Positions 8,699-13,959 of a DNA stretch of 13,959 bases are shown here, in pieces (positions within the stretch are counted from its first letter, which is position 1; every line of letters starts with the position of its first letter). The DNA comes from Escherichia coli (GTDB taxonomy: Bacteria; Pseudomonadota; Gammaproteobacteria; Enterobacterales; Enterobacteriaceae): the NCBI RefSeq assembly GCF_003334315.1, contig NZ_QOWR01000079.1; one strand, 5' to 3'. The notes under the pieces are model-generated. The model saw nothing but the letters and a program-made list of their open reading frames with translations. It had not been told where the DNA came from and searched no databases. A program made the translations under genes and the position numbers.

Positions 8699-10243
8699 AT
8701 GGCTGACTCACAACCCCTGTCCGGTGCTCCGGAAGGTGCCGAATATTTAAGAGCGGTGCTGCGCGCGCCGGTCTACGAAGCGGCGCAGGTCACGCCGCTA
8801 CAAAAAATGGAAAAGCTCTCGTCTCGTCTTGATAACGTCATTCTGGTGAAGCGCGAAGATCGTCAGCCAGTTCATAGCTTTAAGCTGCGCGGCGCATACG
8901 CCATGATGGCGGGCCTGACGGAAGAACAGAAAGCGCACGGCGTGATCACTGCTTCTGCGGGTAACCACGCGCAGGGCGTCGCGTTTTCTTCTGCGCGGTT
9001 AGGCGTGAAGGCCCTGATCGTTATGCCAACCGCCACCGCCGACATCAAAGTCGATGCGGTACGTGGATTCGGCGGCGAAGTGCTGCTTCATGGCGCGAAC
9101 TTTGACGAAGCGAAAGCTAAAGCGATCGAACTGTCACAGCAGCAGGGGTTCACCTGGGTGCCGCCGTTCGACCATCCGATGGTGATTGCCGGGCAAGGCA
9201 CGCTGGCGCTGGAACTGCTCCAGCAGGACGCCCATCTCGACCGCGTATTTGTGCCAGTCGGCGGCGGCGGTCTGGCGGCGGGCGTTGCGGTGCTGATCAA
9301 ACAACTGATGCCACAAATCAAAGTGATCGCCGTAGAAGCGGAAGACTCCGCCTGCCTGAAAGCAGCGCTGGATGCGGGTCATCCGGTTGATCTGCCGCGC
9401 GTAGGGCTATTTGCTGAAGGCGTAGCGGTAAAACGCATCGGTGACGAAACCTTCCGTTTATGCCAGGAGTATCTCGACGACATCATCACCGTCGATAGTG
9501 ATGCGATCTGTGCGGCGATGAAGGATTTATTCGAAGATGTGCGCGCGGTGGCGGAACCCTCTGGCGCGCTGGCGCTGGCGGGAATGAAAAAATATATCGC
9601 CCTGCACAACATTCGCGGCGAACGACTGGCGCATATTCTTTCCGGTGCCAACGTGAACTTCCACGGCCTGCGCTACGTCTCGGAACGCTGCGAACTGGGC
9701 GAACAGCGTGAAGCGTTGTTGGCGGTGACCATTCCGGAAGAAAAAGGCAGCTTCCTCAAATTCTGCCAACTGCTTGGCGGGCGATCGGTCACCGAGTTCA
9801 ACTACCGTTTTGCCGATGCCAAAAACGCCTGCATCTTTGTCGGCGTGCGCCTGAGCCGCGGCCTCGAAGAGCGCAAAGAAATTTTGCAGATGCTCAACGA
9901 CGGCGGCTACAGCGTGGTGGATCTCTCCGACGACGAAATGGCGAAGTTGCATGTGCGCTATATGGTCGGCGGGCGTCCGTCACATCCGTTGCAGGAACGC
10001 CTCTACAGCTTCGAATTCCCGGAATCACCGGGCGCGCTGTTGCGCTTCCTAAACACGCTGGGTACGCACTGGAATATTTCTTTGTTCCACTATCGCAGCC
10101 ACGGTACCGACTATGGGCGCGTGCTGGCAGCGTTCGAACTCGGCGACCATGAACCGGATTTCGAAACCCGGCTAAATGAGCTGGGCTACGATTGCCACGA
10201 CGAAACCAATAACCCGGCGTTCAGGTTCTTTTTGGCGGGTTAG
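8699..10243 (+). CDS. ilvA: Biosynthetic threonine deaminase / threonine dehydratase (514 aa)
   Basis: Protein MADSQPLSGAPEGAEYLRAVLRAPVYEAAQVTPLQKMEKL... contains the PLP-binding region (SFKLRG) and a C-terminal regulatory domain. Two tandem ATGs at 8696 and 8699; I call the second, which gives 514 aa. The first overlaps the ilvD stop (taATGATGG). Confidence 0.93.
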   Translation: MADSQPLSGAPEGAEYLRAVLRAPVYEAAQVTPLQKMEKLSSRLDNVILVKREDRQPVHSFKLRGAYAMMAGLTEEQKAHGVITASAGNHAQGVAFSSARLGVKALIVMPTATADIKVDAVRGFGGEVLLHGANFDEAKAKAIELSQQQGFTWVPPFDHPMVIAGQGTLALELLQQDAHLDRVFVPVGGGGLAAGVAVLIKQLMPQIKVIAVEAEDSACLKAALDAGHPVDLPRVGLFAEGVAVKRIGDETFRLCQEYLDDIITVDSDAICAAMKDLFEDVRAVAEPSGALALAGMKKYIALHNIRGERLAHILSGANVNFHGLRYVSERCELGEQREALLAVTIPEEKGSFLKFCQLLGGRSVTEFNYRFADAKNACIFVGVRLSRGLEERKEILQMLNDGGYSVVDLSDDEMAKLHVRYMVGGRPSHPLQERLYSFEFPESPGALLRFLNTLGTHWNISLFHYRSHGTDYGRVLAAFELGDHEPDFETRLNELGYDCHDETNNPAFRFFLAG

Positions 10244-10251
10244 GGAAAAAT

Positions 10252-10277
10252 GCCTGATAGCGCTTCGCTTATCAGGC
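10252..10277. repeat. REP-like (repetitive extragenic palindrome) hairpin between convergent ilvA and ilvY
   Basis: Perfect 8-bp inverted repeat gcctgata / tatcaggc with a 10-nt loop. The sequence gcctgatagcgcttcgcttatcaggcttacc resembles the E. coli REP consensus (...cttatcaggcctac). Confidence 0.6.
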
Positions 10278-10294
10278 TTACCCGCGCGACAACG

Positions 10295-11188
10295 TCATTT
10301 GTGGTTCGGCAAAATCTTCCAGAATGCTTCAATCAGCGGCTCATGTAGCCGCTTTTTCTGCGCACAAACGCCCAGCTCAAACGGCGTTTTCTCATCGCTG
10401 CGCTCTAAAATCATCACGCGGTTACGCACCGGTTCCGGGCTGTTTTCCAGCACCACTTCCGGCAACAGCGCCACACCACAGCCGAGCGCCACCATCGATA
10501 CCATCGCTTCATGCCCGCCAACCGTGGCGTAAATCATCGGGTTGCTGATTTTATTGCGTCGAAACCACAGTTCAATGCGGCGACGCACCGGTCCCTGATC
10601 GGCCATGATAAACGGCACTGTAGACCAGTCCGGCTTCTCTGCCGAAACCTGGTTACGCACCGGGCAGGGCAGCGCGGGCGCAATCAGCACTACTGCCAGA
10701 TTCTCCAGCATCGAAAACGCCACAGCGCCGGGTAGCGTCTCCGGTTTCCCGGCAATCGCCAGATCCGCTTCTCCCGTGACCACTTTTTCCATTGCATCTG
10801 CCGCATCACCAGTGGTGAGTTTGATCTCCACCGACGGGTGTTCCGCGCGGAAGCGATCCAGAATCGGCGGCAGATGGCTGTAGGCAGCGGTCACCGAGCA
10901 GAAGATATGTAATTCGCCAGAGAGCGACGGCCCTTGCTGATCGATGGTGTGGCGCAATTGCTGATACTGCAACAGCGTTTGCTGGGCGAAAACGCGCAGC
11001 TCTTCGCCCGCTTCCGTCAGCGTTACCGTGCGGTTATCGCGCACAAATAGCGGCTGACCAAGATCTTCTTCCAGGCGCTGAATCTGCCGTGAGAGCGTGG
11101 ATGGGCTAACGTGCATCGCCCGCGCGCTGCGGCCAAAATGGCGGCTTTCCGCCAGATGCAGGAAGGTTTTCAGATCGCGTAAATCCAA
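10295..11188 (-). CDS. ilvY: LysR-family activator of ilvC, IlvY (297 aa)
   Basis: Protein (M)[63 protein letters not shown]... Start assigned to TTG (plus-strand caa at 11186-11188), preceded by a GAGGG Shine-Dalgarno, which gives the canonical LysR N-terminus and the recalled 297-aa length. The ORF-track start at 11272 would add 28 residues and overlap the ilvC promoter. Confidence 0.88.
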   Translation of the reverse strand: MDLRDLKTFLHLAESRHFGRSARAMHVSPSTLSRQIQRLEEDLGQPLFVRDNRTVTLTEAGEELRVFAQQTLLQYQQLRHTIDQQGPSLSGELHIFCSVTAAYSHLPPILDRFRAEHPSVEIKLTTGDAADAMEKVVTGEADLAIAGKPETLPGAVAFSMLENLAVVLIAPALPCPVRNQVSAEKPDWSTVPFIMADQGPVRRRIELWFRRNKISNPMIYATVGGHEAMVSMVALGCGVALLPEVVLENSPEPVRNRVMILERSDEKTPFELGVCAQKKRLHEPLIEAFWKILPNHK

Positions 11189-11337
11189 TGGCGCAGCCCT
11201 CGATGTTGACGTTGCAAAAATTGCAATGTGACGTTGTGAATATATCAATTTCCGCAATAAATTTCCTGTCATATAGTGAATTCAATCTCGCAAACGCGAA
11301 CCGAACAATAAGAAGCACAACATCACGAGGAATCACC
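11189..11337. promoter_or_regulatory. Divergent ilvY / ilvC promoter-operator region
   Basis: 149-bp spacer between the divergent ilvY and ilvC starts. It contains the palindromic hexamer TTGCAA twice (11212-11217 and 11221-11226), the direct repeat GACGTTG (11208-11214 and 11230-11236), a candidate ilvC -10 tatagt (11272-11277) with a weak -35, and a GAGG Shine-Dalgarno for ilvC. Confidence 0.6.
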
Positions 11338-12813
11338 ATGGCTAACTACTTCAATACACTGAATCTGCGTCAGCAGCTGGCACAGCTGGGCAAATGTCGC
11401 TTTATGGGGCGCGATGAATTCGCCGATGGCGCGAGCTACCTTCAGGGTAAAAAAGTAGTCATCGTCGGCTGTGGCGCACAGGGTCTGAACCAGGGCCTGA
11501 ACATGCGTGATTCTGGTCTGGATATTTCTTACGCTCTGCGTAAAGAAGCGATTGCCGAGAAGCGCGCGTCCTGGCGTAAAGCGACCGAAAACGGTTTTAA
11601 AGTTGGTACTTACGAAGAACTGATCCCGCAGGCGGATCTGGTGGTTAACCTGACGCCGGACAAGCAGCACTCTGATGTAGTGCGCACCGTACAGCCACTG
11701 ATGAAAGACGGCGCGGCGCTGGGTTACTCGCACGGTTTCAACATCGTCGAAGTGGGCGAGCAGATCCGTAAAGATATCACCGTAGTCATGGTTGCGCCGA
11801 AATGCCCTGGCACCGAAGTGCGTGAAGAGTACAAACGTGGATTCGGCGTACCGACGCTGATTGCCGTTCACCCGGAAAACGATCCGAAAGGCGAAGGTAT
11901 GGCGATCGCTAAAGCATGGGCGGCAGCAACCGGTGGTCACCGTGCGGGCGTGCTGGAATCGTCCTTCGTTGCGGAAGTGAAATCTGACCTGATGGGTGAG
12001 CAAACCATCCTGTGCGGTATGTTGCAGGCTGGCTCGCTGCTGTGCTTCGACAAGCTGGTGGAAGAGGGCACCGATCCGGCATACGCAGAAAAACTGATTC
12101 AGTTCGGTTGGGAAACCATCACCGAAGCACTGAAACAGGGCGGCATCACCCTGATGATGGACCGTCTCTCTAACCCGGCGAAACTGCGTGCTTATGCGCT
12201 TTCTGAACAGCTGAAAGAGATCATGGCACCCCTGTTCCAGAAACATATGGACGACATCATCTCCGGCGAATTCTCTTCCGGTATGATGGCGGACTGGGCC
12301 AACGATGATAAGAAACTGCTGACCTGGCGTGAAGAGACCGGCAAAACCGCGTTTGAAACCGCGCCGCAGTATGAAGGCAAAATCGGCGAGCAGGAGTACT
12401 TCGATAAAGGCGTACTGATGATTGCGATGGTGAAAGCGGGCGTTGAACTGGCGTTCGAAACCATGGTCGATTCCGGCATCATTGAAGAGTCTGCATATTA
12501 TGAATCACTGCACGAGCTGCCGCTGATTGCCAACACCATCGCCCGTAAGCGTCTGTACGAAATGAACGTGGTTATCTCTGATACCGCTGAGTACGGTAAC
12601 TATCTGTTCTCTTACGCTTGTGTGCCGTTGCTGAAACCGTTTATGGCAGAGCTGCAACCGGGCGACCTGGGTAAAGCTATTCCGGAAGGCGCGGTAGATA
12701 ACGGGCAACTGCGTGATGTGAACGAAGCGATTCGCAGCCATGCGATTGAGCAGGTAGGTAAGAAACTGCGCGGCTATATGACAGATATGAAACGTATTGC
12801 TGTTGCGGGTTAA
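11338..12813 (+). CDS. ilvC: Ketol-acid reductoisomerase (491 aa)
   Basis: Protein [55 protein letters not shown]... with a Rossmann NADPH motif (GCGAQG). The ORF-track start at 11188 is an upstream in-frame ATG inside the regulatory region; the ATG at 11338 has the Shine-Dalgarno and gives the known length. Confidence 0.96.
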   Translation: MANYFNTLNLRQQLAQLGKCRFMGRDEFADGASYLQGKKVVIVGCGAQGLNQGLNMRDSGLDISYALRKEAIAEKRASWRKATENGFKVGTYEELIPQADLVVNLTPDKQHSDVVRTVQPLMKDGAALGYSHGFNIVEVGEQIRKDITVVMVAPKCPGTEVREEYKRGFGVPTLIAVHPENDPKGEGMAIAKAWAAATGGHRAGVLESSFVAEVKSDLMGEQTILCGMLQAGSLLCFDKLVEEGTDPAYAEKLIQFGWETITEALKQGGITLMMDRLSNPAKLRAYALSEQLKEIMAPLFQKHMDDIISGEFSSGMMADWANDDKKLLTWREETGKTAFETAPQYEGKIGEQEYFDKGVLMIAMVKAGVELAFETMVDSGIIEESAYYESLHELPLIANTIARKRLYEMNVVISDTAEYGNYLFSYACVPLLKPFMAELQPGDLGKAIPEGAVDNGQLRDVNEAIRSHAIEQVGKKLRGYMTDMKRIAVAG

Positions 12814-12820
12814 GTGCGCG

Positions 12821-12859
12821 CTGATGCCCTCACCCCGACCCTCTCCCACAGGGAGAGGG
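12821..12859. repeat. GC-rich palindromic intergenic element
   Basis: Perfect 9-bp inverted repeat ccctctccc-aca-gggagaggg (12839-12859) preceded by tgccctcaccccgacc. Resembles the GC-rich imperfect-palindrome intergenic repeats of E. coli (boxC-like); family assignment is tentative. Confidence 0.45.
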
Positions 12860-12870
12860 AGAAAACACTC

Positions 12871-12895
12871 AAGGCCTTCTCCTGGAGAAGGCCTT
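12871..12895. terminator. Hairpin between convergent ilvC and ppiC (probable shared terminator)
   Basis: 12-nt inverted repeat aaggccttctcc / ggagaaggcctt. On the minus strand it is followed by a modest T-run (gagtgtttt). It lies 5 nt from the ppiC stop. Confidence 0.5.
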
Positions 12896-12899
12896 GCTA

Positions 12900-13205
<306 letters not shown>

Positions 13206-13278
13206 TCAGGCGGCGATTTTAGCATGATCCGCAGATGCTAACGTAATTGTCAGTCAGGGAGTGGCTGGTACATATATG

Positions 13279-13303
13279 GCAAAAGCCCGGAAAATCCGGG
13301 CTT
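13279..13303 (-). terminator. Intrinsic terminator downstream of the yifN-like gene (minus strand)
   Basis: Hairpin aagcccgg-aaaat-ccgggctt. Read on the minus strand, the stem is followed by TTTT (plus-strand aaaa at 13281-13284). Located about 80 nt downstream of the yifN-like stop. Confidence 0.5.
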
Positions 13304-13379
13304 CGCAGGTCCCTCAAGGGGAGAAAACTTAGGGCCTCTATGGGCTACAAAGTCATTATCGGGGATGGTTATTTTATTG

Positions 13380-13828
13380 TCAATTTATGAGCGATATGGC
13401 ATTGATTGACTTGATGACCGCCCTCTGTATGTCTGCAACCAACTCATGTGGCAAACATTGATTAAGATACCCTCTGTAAGTCCTTGCTCTGTTTAATCTG
13501 TTTCGACTGACTTGTTGTACCAGGTCGGCTTTGGCCCAACGAATCTGCTGATCAAAGAATTGCAGGTCATTGATAACATTACTGGCTATTTCAACATGCA
13601 TTCCACGTTTTAACTTGTCTGGTCGCGAGTGGTTGATAATGGAACGACGATGCATGCGTTGCCATTAATTTTTCCGTTGAGCACGACAACTAACCTGTTT
13701 TTTATCATTTCAGGAGGAATGCGGCCATCGTAATACGTCGTGCTGAACGGTCCATTTTGGCTAACAGGATAGTTACCAAAGTTGCATTCCAGTATTTCAC
13801 CAACCTTAGGGCTGAAATTAATCGCCAC
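13380..13828 (-). pseudogene. yifN: PemK/MazF-like toxin gene disrupted by a frameshift (yifN-like)
   Basis: Two overlapping minus-strand ORFs in different frames (13610-13909 and 13380-13655) together show a MazF/PemK-like order of motifs: GEILECNFG...RLVVVLNGK...ACIVVPLSTT, then after the frame change KLKRGMHVEIA...IRWAKADLVQQVS...ADIQRAVIKSINAI. The likely start is GTG at 13826-13828, preceded by an AAGGAGAGG Shine-Dalgarno (plus-strand cctctcctt at 13835-13843). The span 13380-13828 is 449 nt, not a multiple of 3, consistent with a 1-nt indel near 13610-13630. Confidence 0.7.
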
Positions 13829-13959
13829 GAGTAAACCTCTCCTTAGTAAACTCTGAAAAAGTAATAACACAACGTTACGACCTGGATTGGCCCCTATATT
13901 TCCATACACTTTTTATCACTTAACCCATTACTGGTTCGCCGCCGCAGATATTCCCGTGG

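Noticed and set aside
11188-11337. N-terminal 50-codon extension of ilvC in the ORF track
   Set aside because: Runs through the ilvY-ilvC operator/promoter region. The ATG at 11338 gives the canonical [13 protein letters not shown] start.
11323-12246. 307-aa minus-strand ORF, the longest antisense ORF in the window
   Set aside because: Entirely inside ilvC on the opposite strand. The protein is low-complexity and Arg/Phe/Gln-rich, typical of antisense reading of a GC-rich gene, and has no Shine-Dalgarno. Other long antisense ORFs inside ilvG (4252-4846), ilvD (7452-7826), ilvA (9134-9952) and ilvY (10605-10883) are rejected for the same reason.
13829-13909. Upstream GTG (13909) as start of the toxin ORF
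   Set aside because: No Shine-Dalgarno upstream, whereas the in-frame GTG at 13828 is preceded by AAGGAGAGG and yields an N-terminus aligned with MazF/PemK proteins.

Overview
This window is a contiguous, syntenic stretch of Escherichia coli-type core chromosome, and I find no evidence in it for an undescribed biological system. It runs from the distal end of an rrnC-type ribosomal operon (23S-5S spacer, 5S rRNA, tRNA-Asp, tRNA-Trp, terminator) through hdfR (minus), maoP/yifE (plus) and comM/yifB (minus), then the complete branched-chain amino acid cluster ilvL-ilvX-ilvG-ilvM-ilvE-ilvD-ilvA (plus), ilvY (minus), ilvC (plus), ppiC (minus), and a frameshifted PemK/MazF-like toxin pseudogene (yifN-like, minus) at the right edge. 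Gene identities rest on recognising the translated ORFs as the well-known E. coli proteins and on exact length agreement; no search was run. Coordinates of RNA genes, small ORFs and hairpins were counted by hand from the sequence. Two points differ from what I recall of the K-12 MG1655 reference or are otherwise notable: ilvG is an intact 548-codon ORF (K-12 carries a frameshift), and the yifN-like toxin gene is broken by a single frameshift with no antitoxin visible inside the window. I saw no transposase or integrase ORFs, no IS-like terminal inverted repeats and no CRISPR array. The remaining findings are small-scale regulatory and structural observations in a well-characterised region.
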